From Klebsormidium nitens (lineage: Eukaryota; Plantae; Klebsormidiophyceae): 64,000 bases of DNA. Below are positions 35,987 through 48,200 of the stretch, piece by piece (the first letter of the stretch is position 1; the number at the start of each line of letters is the position of its first letter). Under the pieces are notes generated by a model that worked only from the letters and a program-made list of their open reading frames with translations, did no database searches and had not been told where the DNA came from. A program made the translations under genes and the position numbers. The DNA is taken from the NCBI GenBank assembly GCA_000708835.1, contig DF237135.1, positions 1 to 64,000 on the forward strand, given 5' to 3'.

Positions 35987-36016
35987 AACTTCAAGTTCAA
36001 CTTCAACTTCAAGTTC
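35987..36016 (+). repeat. Short tandem repeat (AA[C/G]TTC)x5 upstream of lpxB
   Basis: aacttc aagttc aacttc aacttc aagttc lies ~85 bp before ATG 36102, in the divergent helicase/lpxB spacer. Confidence 0.8.
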
Positions 36017-36101
36017 AGACGTTCTGCTTGCTGGCTGTGGTGCCTTTTGCCAGGAGCTTTTTAGTTCGACTTCTTAAGCAAGAAAGGACCACCATGATGA
36101 G

Positions 36102-39100
36102 ATGTTTCGTGTGCTGAGGTGCACCCCACAGCCGGCCACAGGCGATCAACGCTCACCAGAACTGGGTGCTTTTGAAGCGACTTTGCTCCACCAGCGCTCT
36201 TTCTCTCTATGTGCCTCCAAATCCAGGGGAGAATTTTGGCGGATCAATCAACCACCAACGGGGCACCCACAACCGAGCACCACCCTGCTTAATCATCCCT
36301 TGTGGTCTGGTGTTCCCCCGGTAGCAGCGTTTGAATCAGCCTACTACTTCGCTCGCCGGGGAAGTTTTGAGACATGGCGCCCGCACCTTGGCGCAGTTTC
36401 GACGAACACTGCAAACCTGGGCTTGAGAAGTCTTGTGGAGGGAGCTGCACCACCCTCATACTGCATCCAGCACCAGCTGTTGAGGCATTGCCCCCGGAGC
36501 ACTGCGGGGAACGGATCTCGCCTTCCATCACGCACGGAGTTTGTGATTGCTATAATCAAGCAGAGTGGCCATTCCAGGCTTTTGCGTTCAGTTGGACTAC
36601 AAGAGAAAGACCAGTTCTGGAACACTTTAAGAATCTTCATAATTGCTGGAGAACCATCAGGGGACAGCATTGGGGGCTCTCTGATGGTGGCAATGCGAAA
36701 GGTAGCCCATAGGCACACTGTGGAGTTCAAGGGCGTTGGGGGGTAAGTCTGTCAATACCACAGTGGTACACATTTCTGAAATGGCCAATGGGTGTAGTTG
36801 CAAACCATGGTGGCAATTGAAGAAACATCATTAAAAGACTTATTTGGTTTGATGAATGTAAAGCTGTTGATTGATTACTTGCCTGAAGGATCTACTTTCT
36901 GGTCTCTTTTCTGCCCTGCAAGGGCAGCCCCGATCTCTACCTGACCATCTTCTTTAATGATCTGCTCGGTGTGACCTTTTGGAATTATCAGCAAGACGGA
37001 TCCTTGAGTCATCCCAGCCCTTTCTCTTATGTAGCCCCAAGATGCAGCAAGCAGGGCTGACGTCACTTTTTCCAATGGATGACCTGGCTGTCATGGGAAT
37101 CGCAGAGGTCATCTCCTCTATCTTCCGCATCAAGGTAAGTGTTACACCTTGAAGCGATAGGCAGCGTAATTGCTTGGACATTGTCAGAGCAGAAGATTGT
37201 GATTCTGAGTCGCTGTTCCATCAGCCTGCGTCCTTGGTTGCTTTCTCGATGCCTTAATGTGCAAAGTAAACCACAATGGGTAGAGCTGGTGTGACATGTA
37301 ACAGAAGAGATTTACACCCTTCTAGGAAGGCAGTGCCCATATTGCGATCTGGCTCTCTCAACTGCTTGATCTTCTCTCACCTGCACCATCCTGAAACAGC
37401 GCAGGATCTCAGAGACGGTTGCAGCCCTGCTTGATTTCCACCCCCACATCGTCGTCACCATTGACTCCAAGGGCTTCTGTCACCGCGTGCTGACCAGCGC
37501 ACGAGGCAAGTGCTCTCGTACTAGCTTTCTTAAAGAGCCGTATCTACCATCGTATCCCTGCCTCTCCTGACATGGGGTCCTTGCACCTTGAGTCCCGGAA
37601 ACTTGCTGTCAATTTCTGCAGAAACTGTCAGAGCCTTGAGTTTCTTTGGCAGCAGTTACTTTGCTTTTGTGTCCATCCTCATCCACACGTCCCGTCTGCA
37701 GAAGAATTTGTGACGGCTGCGGTCGCCCCCCCTGCCTGCATACAGTATGTCGCCCCCTCTATCTGGGCCTACAAGGACGGCGGTCCTCAGCAGCTGGCAG
37801 CTAAATGGGGCCCAGTCATCGACCACATGCTGTGCATCCTCCCCTTCGAGCCTCCCCTCTGCCGAGCCGCCAGCATACCCGCAACTTTTGTGGGGCACCC
37901 TGTTCTAGAGGACGCTTGGGAGTGTCAATCGTCCAGTGTTGGTCACCCCTGGGAAATCCATGGCGACGGAGCAGCTTTTCGATTGCAGCACGGGCTTGGA
38001 CACGGTGCGCCTGCTGTCACCTGGCCAGAGTATGCTAGAGATTGCTCTAGCCCGTCTATAATACCTTCAGAGTGGCTGACCGAGTCCATCTTGTCTGTCA
38101 GCCACTCGAGATCAGACATTGAGACTCCCAAATGTCTAATCGAGCCCTGGCTGCTTGCACAGTTTGCTCCGGCCTAGCAACTTGGATAGAAGTTTCGTGA
38201 GGGCGCAACTGGACATCATAATTTGACTTGATTGATGCGTCAGATGTGATTCAGATGCTTCCAAAAAACATTGTTTAACTGAAAGCCCCCCCCCTTCTTT
38301 GCAGAAGCTCGGCCCATGGTTTGCTTTCTGCCAGGGAGTCGCCGCCAAGAGATCCAGCGTCTGCTACCCACATTCAGGAGAACGTTCATGCTCCTCCGCG
38401 AAGGGCGGCCAAAACTGACCGCTGTGGTGGTCACGATTCCTGGCCCCGTCGGAGACCAAGTCACTGCCGACGTGGCAGCTTGGAGTATCAGTCACGCAGT
38501 CACATGCACACCCGCTACGGAGCAGGAGAGATACAACGCCTTTGCGGTGAGCCTGCCTTGCTGTTTGCCCGATTCGAGTACGTTCTATCCCAGCTTGTAG
38601 AGCCAAGCAAAATCATCCGACTCCGACTCCTCGAAACGGAAACATTGTGGCTTCATTATTCGAGAGGGGATTGGCTGCTCATCTGGCTCCCTTCTCACGG
38701 CTGCCTGATCGTTGAACGGCGGCCTATGACACTTCTCTGCTACAGCTGCAGAAGACAGTTGCGTTCCGAACTTCGCTTGCCGTTGGGGTCTTCGCCCAGC
38801 CAGCCCGGAGCACAGAACAAGTCCATCCTTCCTGCGCATCTCTTCGATGTACTAGACAAAAAATGTACTCGTAGAACATGGTCTGCTAGTACCGCCTTCG
38901 TACTGGCAGGACTTAAACTGCCCCTCCGCAGGCCTGCGACGTTGCCATAGCCGCCTCCGGCACGGCCGTCATGCAGCTGCTGCTCGCGCGCATCCCCACG
39001 GTGGTGGCGTACCAGGCCCACTGGCTGACCGAGTGGGTGGCCCGGCGGCTCGCGGCGGTGCGCCACCTGGCGCTGCCCAACATCCTGGCGGGGCGCGAGG

Positions 39101-39737
39101 TCGTGCCTGAGGCCATCTTCGCGGATTGCACTCCGGAGCGGCTCGCTCAGCATGCCAGGTGGGGCGGCCAGAGAGTTCGTGAGAAGCTGGCAAAGGTTTT
39201 TGAGAATCTACTTCTGGCTTGGGTTTCGGACGGTTTGTGATAAAGCGCTCTTGGCTGGTGCAGCCAATTGGGGTTCGAAGGACAGATCGTCCTTCTGTTT
39301 GAGTAAGAATCCAGCCGTCAAGATAGCATCAGTTCTTTGGAGCTTGCGACAACCTTGGCAAGCGTCTTAGCTGAATCGGCACAGGCCAACTCAAATAGCG
39401 AGCTATGATTCGCAGTCTGGTCACCAACCGCATTTTTTTGCCCTGCAGCTCCTTACTGAAGAGCCGCTTCGAAAGGACCTTGCAAGCTGAGAACGCAGAG
39501 CGGATTCTGTCTTTCCTTGGTCCTCCGGCGAGCCGCAGCCCGGGGCCTTGCAAGCAGAAGAGGATCCAACGATCTGGTGCTGCCGACAGCTCGCGTGATA
39601 TGTTGACGGAGGAGGACAAAGTCATCGAAACGGGTGTTGCAGAATGTCCTATAACGTTGTATGAAAGGCCAAGCATGGTGGCAGCCAGGGCTATCCTCCA
39701 TTGTTTTGAACAGAAACATTATGCAGAGGTACTCTGA
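36102..39737 (+). CDS. lpxB: Lipid-A-disaccharide synthase (LpxB, GT19), probably organelle-targeted, multi-exon; start uncertain
   Basis: Motifs seen: LRIFIIAGEPSGDSIG, FKGVGG, SMDDLAVMGIAEV, PHIVVTIDSKGF, IQYVAPSIWAY, LCILPFEP, TFVGHP, FLPGSRRQEI, AASGTAVMQL, LALPNILAGREVVPE, and C-terminal RPSMVAARAIL. Confidence 0.9.
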
Positions 39738-40100
39738 CTTCCCTCAAATGATTGGCATAGACATAAAACTTAATTGCCATAGAATCAACGTTGACCGACG
39801 ATTGAATGTATTTTGGATTGGCTTTCACGCGTTGATTGGTGTAGAGCCGACATGTTTAATTCTGTCGCAGCACCATGGCACGAGTCGAACCATCTTGTAA
39901 GCATCTAGATCGCTTGGATCGATTGAAGATGTTGCCAATGGGAGCGACATACGAAGGTGCATGAGCGACCAGTGGGGATGGCAGATGCACTCTAGGGTGA
40001 TCCGATGATCTGACCAGCCTAGCTAGCTAGCTGCTAGCCTGGCTTTTAAAAATATTGTCACGTGTACTGTCCGACTTTGTGATCGAGAACGTACATTGTG

Positions 40101-40161
40101 TTGCATTAAAACTCAATGCAATGAGTGGAAATTGCATTGAAACTCATTCAATGAATGGAAA
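40101..40161. repeat. Two imperfect ~31-bp tandem units with internal inverted symmetry
   Basis: ttgcattaaaactcaatgcaatgagtggaaa is followed by ttgcattgaaactcattcaatgaatggaaa. Confidence 0.7.
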
Positions 40162-40921
40162 TTACCTAGTCAACGTTCTCTCCGGGCTCGGTTCTCTCAC
40201 CGGCCTTATGCAGTCCTTTCATATGTGATTCATATTGTTGTAACCTAATGACTCGGAATCTTAAAACAATTGTTCATGCATGCCATGTCAGCGCTTGGAG
40301 CTGCACCGCCATTCAATCTCATTTGCAATCGGCCTGCGCACGAGGATCGTGCTGTGCATGCCTTGACTGCGCGCCAACGCACGGATTCAAGGCCGTGCCG
40401 CCGCGCGACCATCCACTTCTGTGTCGAACGAGTTTCGAAAGCTGCCATGCCATATGCTCAACTTCGGCCCCCTGTTTGCGGACGCGTGTGAGCTCAACTG
40501 CGGACATGCGGAGGTATATGAGTATCGGCGGAGTTCAATCCAGGTGCATACTTGATTGTGGAGTCTGCGCTTGTTGGATCGGTCTTCTTCAGCAATTGGA
40601 ACACACTGACCATCTCCAACTTTCAACATCTCATCGAGCTGCATTGTATCCGCATCACACAGTCATTTCCCAAAGGAGCTGGTGTTCAAAGGTGACTCTT
40701 CAGAGATTGATGCTTCGAAGGCTCCATCGCTCGGTTTGCCCCCCATCTTGGGACCAAGTCCGGCCTTCGAAGTGAGCACCAATCATACGGGCCTCCCTTT
40801 GGTTAAATCTGCTACCTGAGACCGTCACAAGATTGAAGAACGCACCTGTGATGTCCAAAAGGGCGCTGCAATTCATTTGAGCTTTGAAGGAAAGAACGGT
40901 GAAGTGGACTGAACAGAAAGC

Positions 40922-43069
40922 ATGGACACGGCTTGCCACCTTTTCGTTCTATGCCTTGTCACAGTAAGTTCTTCAGCCATTCCTTCCTGTCTCTCTTTTC
41001 GCTACAGCATTGGTGAGCTTGAGCTCAAATGGTTCCTAGGCACCTGCAGTATCTTGATTGTTCTACTGACATTCCTATTTGCTCCCTTGCTCGAGGCGTG
41101 TTTGACATCACCTCCTTCATTACCTTTGCACGAGGTCTTCCTCTGAGTACAGGTAGCAGTTCCTCTAATCAGTACATAAGCACGTCTGGAAGCGAAACAT
41201 CAGGATGTCGCTGTTTACTTACATTCAGGTGATACTTGCATGCGCTGCCTCCGAGTCCTATCCTCCCAGAAGCGTAGAGCGAGATGATCTATCAGAAGTA
41301 GCTGCTCTTCATGCAGGTAAGATATCAATCTGTTCGTGTCCTCTACTCAAACGTCAAGCTGCTTGCGCTGTCTTAAGATAGCCAGGTATATTCTGTTTTG
41401 TCTGGTGCTTGGTGCTTAATTGGCCAAACCTTCCAATCCGACTTCCTGATGTCTCTGCTTGTTTATCCCTCAACCAACGGATGCATCTTGTTCGCGAGAG
41501 CAACAGCTCTTGATTGTGTATCATCCAGATGCAAACCTTTACACTGAGTTTCTTGTAAATTAGGTGCTACGATTGTGAGTATTTGCATCCTGTTACCTTA
41601 CAGAGTTCATCTCCACGAAGAGTTTTCGTACCGTATCAGTCAGCACATACCCTCTGTCAGAACCATGCCGCGTCTACTGCAAGTTCCAAATATTCTCCTT
41701 CAACAACGGCACTAAGACCGAGCTGCGGCAATCTGTGAGCATTGGAAAAGGCGTTACTGTGCCGCTGCTCGGATTGGAGCAAGGGGAAAGGTACCAAGTG
41801 GCTTGCCGCTGCTCTGATCCGCGAGGCTCGTGCTTTTCAGGTGAATTTGCAAGTGTTGTTCTTTGGCTTTTTCATCGAGCCGAGTTAGTGTAAATGGCTT
41901 ACCCGGTGCGCCCTCACGCTGAAGCATAGAGTGTCCCTTTTTGTGTCATTGTCAAGTCACCTTAAAAGAGCAACTTTTGGTCATGAGTAGCTATAACCTG
42001 AAACTGTAACCAAACAACTTGAATTTGAATTCGCTGGTGCTCCGGCAACATCGAAGCGTCTGGACGCAGATCCCGGTTCGCTGGACTTCTCCACAGAAGA
42101 AGACGACTTCGAAGCTGGTAAAGTTGGCTACGACCTCGCCTCAAGGGTCCATGTCGGATCGTTTCATCTTAGAACGCATATTTTCGAGAACATAACCGAG
42201 ACATCTACAGAATCCAACGAGATAGAGGCGCCGTTGGAAGAACAACCAGTGAAAGATCCGGGACAGATCTGGGAAAAGTTGAGCAGGAAGGCGCCGATAT
42301 TGATTGGGATTGCCTTGGCTGAGGTCATTGGTATGATGACACTCAATAAAGTGTTCGCTTGAGATGTAAGTCGGCCTATTTCTTTTGTATGGTCACCTCC
42401 ATGCTCACTCTTCAAGACATTCTGATGTGGCCTCAGACAACAATACAAAGTCACGTGGGCCTTTCACTCTGTTGTAAAGTACCGCGCCTTGGATTGTGGA
42501 GCGGATTGCTCTGCGAGATGGAAGCCTTCTGGGGAGAAGGGTATGTAAGATGAGCTCATTCGCTATGTGGAAGTGTCATATCACCATTGGTTTCGACTAA
42601 GGATAATATTGATCATCATGAACACAATCACTTACAAAGAGGTAGCTCATCGGACAAAAGGCTCTCCAATTCTTATTACGATTGAAGAACTCTTCAAGAC
42701 CGATTGGTATCAGAGGTAAAACTCAACCCAAGATGGAGCACCTCCATTGGGCGTCTGCTTCAACTATCGATAATATGGATTCAAGCAAGTAGCTGCCGTC
42801 AACTCTATCTTGAAGTGAACCACCCGTGATTATATAGAACAGAGTGCAAACATAACTCTGATAATATTATGCGGTGGTGGCCAGAAACGGTAGGAGCGCG
42901 CACCAAGATTCCAACAAATATGTTGCGAAAAGATGCGAGGTTTCCAAAATGTTCTCAAGTTGCAGCTCAATTTCGTCTTTTCGTAAACAGATCTATTTAT
43001 GAAACAGTAAAGTTTCGACTGCAGGAAGGGATGAACACTTTCTTTCAATTGATTAGACCATGGACATGA
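40922..43069 (+). other. Possible spliced gene or gene remnant of unknown function
   Basis: Several open frames are flanked by splice-like signals. One is ~41604-41840 (EFISTKSF...LLGLEQGERYQVACRCSDPRG); another is an acidic frame at ~42000-42360 ending in a hydrophobic stretch. I could not assemble them into one consistent ORF. Confidence 0.25.
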
Positions 43070-45298
43070 TGCTAGAAAATTATGTCTATCGACTCTTGTC
43101 TGCTTTTGTATATGTTCAATAGTCAGAATCTCGAATCAAGGCGGAACTCCGAGCCTTTTCAAGTCCAGTCCCCGTCCAGTCTAATGGCATTGCTTTGATA
43201 CAACACTGCAATAAGGTTGTCTCGATAGGTGCTTACCACCTGGCCATGCTTAGATGCTTGTAAAGTAGTAATGAATGCAAACGTTTTAAAACTCCATGCA
43301 GCGTACGCGACATCGAAGTTTGATTGCTTTGTCAAACTCGGACTGCATGCATCAGGGCCTGCGAGAATTGGGAATCCATGAGATCATATGTGCGAGATGG
43401 GCACCGGCTCGCACTTGCTGCAAGTAATCAACTATGATAGTTGTTTCAGTGATGCAGGCCAGTGCAGCTACTTCCTTCCTAAAAACAAGTAGGGATTGCC
43501 AGCTACTTTCCTCCGTACACATCAACGTCTCACTCATGTCGTCTGCCGCCTGTAGCTGCAAACAGACCCTGAGCTTTGCAGTGTGTCCCCCGAGTCAGCT
43601 AGGTTGATTGTGGCGCGATCGAGGCCCGCCGCTGTGCATGGCATGAGACTTGAGTCATGATGAATCCGGCGCCGCTAGCTAGCTGCATCATGCATCTCTC
43701 AAGCCCGACAACGGAAAACGGCGGCCTTTGATCGAGGAAGCTGAACGGACGCAGAGCAAGCGTAACGTCGACACGGCGCGCGCTAACATTCAACGCGCGT
43801 CGACTTCATCGCACGGTCGATTGTAGCCAAGCTAGAAATTCGTCGACTCCGATCAGCAAGTAAAAAGTGCGCGGAGGAATTTGGTGAGTTGCGTTACATT
43901 CCGCGAGCACCTCAGTAATAAGAGCACCTTGCTACGGTATATTGTGGCCTTGCTCGTAACCTACTGAGGACCATGGCACTCTTTGCCACAGTCACAGACA
44001 CTGCATGGGCAGCACTGAGCAGTGCCACCCCTACTGCCGCAGCAGCTTCTACGAGTCCTGGCGCGTTTCCAGCAGTTCTGCAATGTCCTGGGCATATGAC
44101 TCCCAGCAACTACAGCCGAAAACCCATTTGCTCGGCCTTGTCCGACATCCTTGAAGTTCCCAACGTTGTGTAACGCTCCTGTCAGAACAGTTCCACACTG
44201 GTCAATGACAATTCAACACTGTCGGCAGAAGACGACAATGCGTCTCAGTTCTACGATGTTAGTGAGCGGGAATATTGTGATACGTCCCCGAGTTTGCTGC
44301 TCTGTCAGACCCTGGTGCAGGAATACGGCCTTTCAGAACCTGCGCTGCCTGCGGGGTCGGACTGCCAACATCCTAGGTCTGCTGTACTTGGGTGACTCCC
44401 GGCACAAATCGCCATTGCTGTCGACGCTTTGCCTCAACGTCTTGGTTGCTTGTAGGGCGAAGAGCATCCAGATGTGGGCGAAAGGTCGATCAGCAAGTGC
44501 TCAGTGGGACACATGAGAAGGACCTATAGCTTCAGCACGAGCAGGGGACGAAACGAAGCGCTCAATCACGGGTTTCCTCCGGATTTTGTCGGCGGACCGA
44601 ACCTCGAATGAGTGCTGCGTCCACTTCTTGGTGGGCTCCGTGCGATCTCCAGTGCGCTTTTGACCGAGCCACATTAAGTGGCTTCCACCGGGTTGCTCCT
44701 AATGTCCAACGTTCAGGTTTGCGACCTTGCATCCGAGTAGTTTTGAGATAGCAGAGACACGCCCTGCGGTTCCACCATGTTCAGTCAAAACCAGGGGACA
44801 GGAACTGAGGTGGAGACGCGGGGGTCGGTGCGGGACATTCTTGCGGCAGCCAAACAGGCAGGGCCGCCAACTCGCTCGCCCACGTTCGACCTCAGCACCA
44901 AAAACCCCTTTTGATCTTTTCTCATGACAATAGTCATGTCAAGGTACCTTGCAGACTGGGTGGAAGATTGGTTCGCCCTTTGGAAAGCGTTCTCCTTACT
45001 CGTTTTCCTTTGTTTCCTTTGTCAAGAGAGCACACATATCTTATGCCAATCTTGCACCATCAACTATACCCATTCCGTTGCTATCCAGATCCAGATTCTA
45101 GTCTCCAAACCTCTAACTGTCTGCAAATTTGTCGATTAGAAGAGAGCAAGACTTCATCCGAGCCGGGAAACCGGCGGGTTCTCCAAGCTACTTGGCTTCT
45201 GCACCCTCGTTGCACCTTCCGAAACTCTTAGGGTCAGCTTAATCACCTAAAAAGTTGACATAACCTGGCCGGCGTCGCTTCATCTCCAGGACCCCAGG

Positions 45299-48200
45299 AT
45301 GGCTCAGGCCATTGCGCGAAGCGGCTTTGGCTCCCCCCGTGAGGCCAGCAGGATCCCAAACGAGACTACAGACGAGGAGTTCACAGAAGACTTGGCACCT
45401 GGGTCCCCGTGAGTTGACAAAGCTTGCTTTTCGAGCCTGGACTGGTGTCCGGAAATCAGTTGGCATACTTCCGTTTTTTCCTGGCTATTCATACATACGA
45501 AACGGATGCTTCGTTCCGTTCGGAAGGAGGACGTTAAGAGGTAGCTCGTAAAGGGCTTCATGGGACGAATACAGTGACTCCAAAGAAGGGACCCCGAAGC
45601 TCTTGCCTCGCATCGCGTCATTCAAGGTGCACTCCTGATTCTCGTCAGAGAGGACGCATGATGGGAGGGAGGACGGCTGCAATGCGGCCGGTCCAAGTTT
45701 ACTGAGGATCCTGGAGTCGAGGCCGGATGCAGCCCAATACAAGACGATATGTTTGAGGAGAAGCTCCCCAGCTGAAGGGTCGAGACAAATGCTGAACCGC
45801 TGGGCTAGCAAGCAAAGGTCAAGCATCTCTCGGTCCGGTACTCAATCGAACGAGACACTATGCCTGATTCAAATCTTCCTTGGCCCGCATCTAAAGTCAA
45901 GGGACCCGAAAGCGCCCAGAGCCTTGAACCCTTCCAACTGGGGTTTCTCCATGTCTTGTCTTGCCCTTGAAAAGTGTCGCTTTGGGCGCTCAACGGCCCG
46001 GCCTTTCGAAAGGCGACACCCACTTACCTCACTTCGTTTCGGCCGTTTCAAAGGCGACAACTACCAATCGGACTACTGTTTGGAGCCCCGCTAATGCGAC
46101 TTTGTCGCCCTCGTTCACAAAGCTCGCGCGCCTTTCTTTACAGCGTGGGCCGCAGCTCGTCCGGTGGCTTCGTGGCGCCCTCCGCTCCGTCCGCGAGCGT
46201 CATCAAGCTCAGCCCGTCCGGGTCCATCATCTTCGGACGTCCGTCCGCGAGCGGCTCCGCGTCGTTGGCCCTCGGAGCGCTGACGTTCGAGTCGTACGCG
46301 CGCGTGCACTTTGCGCCCCGGTTCAAAGGCACCTCGTGCCTCGACCGGGTGGAGATCCCGGTCGCCGAAGTGGTCCAGTTTACCAAGGTATGAGTGGTCG
46401 GGGCCTGACCCCGGTAAATGCAACGGTGTGCACGCTTTGAGCTGCTTCTGCCTGCTCTAAGGTGATCCAGACCGCACTTCGCGGGGGGTTTCCTTTTAGC
46501 CTTGAAAGACTGTAAGGACATGACCCAGATAACTGTATAGGAGAGTGTCTAATGAAACGCGTGAAGGATTGCTTCGCCGTAGACTCGCAGGGCGAGCAGC
46601 TCGTCCTGGCAGAACGCGGCAGATGCGGGGTTTCTGTGATTCACTACAGCCTAAATCCGCTTTTTCACCTCGCACCGACAACGTCCTTGTGTGCTTCGTT
46701 GCGAGATCCTGCGGAAGCAGCTGGCTCCGCATCTTCGACCCCCAAAGTATTCCAACCCTCGCCTCCCGGAGCTTTGGACCTTGGACAGCGACACCCGTGA
46801 TCCGTTGCCCTGCGCAGGTGCCCCTGACGGAGCCGCTGCTCGCGCGCATCCTGGCGTCGCACACGCGCGAGCGCGCGGTGAGCATGTTCCGGCACCTGAT
46901 GTCGTACATGGGCGAGCTGACGACCAAGCACAGCGGCGTGCACCACGTGCAGGCCATCCTGGGGATGGGCATCAAAGACGTGGACCTGCGCGACGAGATC
47001 TACTGCCACATCGCCAAGCAAACCAGCGACAACCCCAGCAGGTGCGCCTGGGGCGGGCCGGGTGGCTGTCTTCCGCGCCGACTGACGTGTCGTCAAACTG
47101 ACAGAGTTGCTTTCTTTTGGGCGACTGACGTCTTACCGCCATCAAAGTGCACAAATTGGTCCCGAACATCTTCGTGATTCGCCCGCTTCGACTTCGCACA
47201 CAGTGCCCCGTTCGCTCTTCAATGTTCCGACGTTCCTTCCTGTCTTCGACCACTTTCGTAATCACGTTCACAGCTTTGCTAAAACAGCCCGCACCTTCCA
47301 CGATGGGAATCGTTCTTCAGTGTGTCCCCCAAAGTTTTTTCTTCGTATCCCTCCGTTAATTCTTCCACAGTCGTTCACAATCAGAATCCTCGTCCCAAGC
47401 TTTCCTTTTCGTCTCCCTACGTTACCGCTTCCTAAGAGTCCTGACACTAAGAGTGTTCGTCTCTTCCGCTCCAGGATGAGCACGGTGCGGGGGTGGCAGG
47501 CCCTGGCGCTGTGCCTGGGCACGTTCCCCCCCAGCGCGGGGCTGCAGCCGTACCTGGAGTGCCACATCGAGTCCGTCATGCACGGGGCCGCGGCCGGGGG
47601 AGCCTTGCCGCGCTTCCGGGGCAGGTGACGTCAGGATTTGAGATGCTTCTGTTCCTTGACTGGTGGAGGATTTACATTTCTCGGCATCACCTGTCTTGCC
47701 AAAAACTTGCGCTACATTAATAAGCGTAGACAAATGCATCACGAGAAATGGGAGACTAAAGATGGGTAGCAAGCAGTTTGACTCCCCAGACATGTACATG
47801 GATTGTGGCCAGACATGCGGTATGAGTTAGCAAGTCCCCTCTCAAGTCGAACAAGTCTAGGCCGGTCCAAATCATTTTGAAGCCGCCAGCCATAAAATGC
47901 CACGAAGCAACTCCTTGTGTTTTCTGAAACCGCGTGCGCTTCCTTTCTTTTTGCAGCAGCACCACCGGCGGCGCGACCGCGACGCCGATCACGCCTGCGG
48001 CCGCCGCGCCGTTCTGCCTGGCGCGCATGCGCAAGCTGATGCGCACGGGCGCGCGGAAACACGTGCCGCTGCTCGCGGAGATCTCCGCCGTGGAGAGCAT
48101 GGAGCCCGTCAAGATCCAGCTGCTGCTCCCGGACGACACCACGCAGGTGCGCGCGCGCGCGAGACTTGGTTTGCGCAAATTTCCGGCTCGTTCGACGCGT

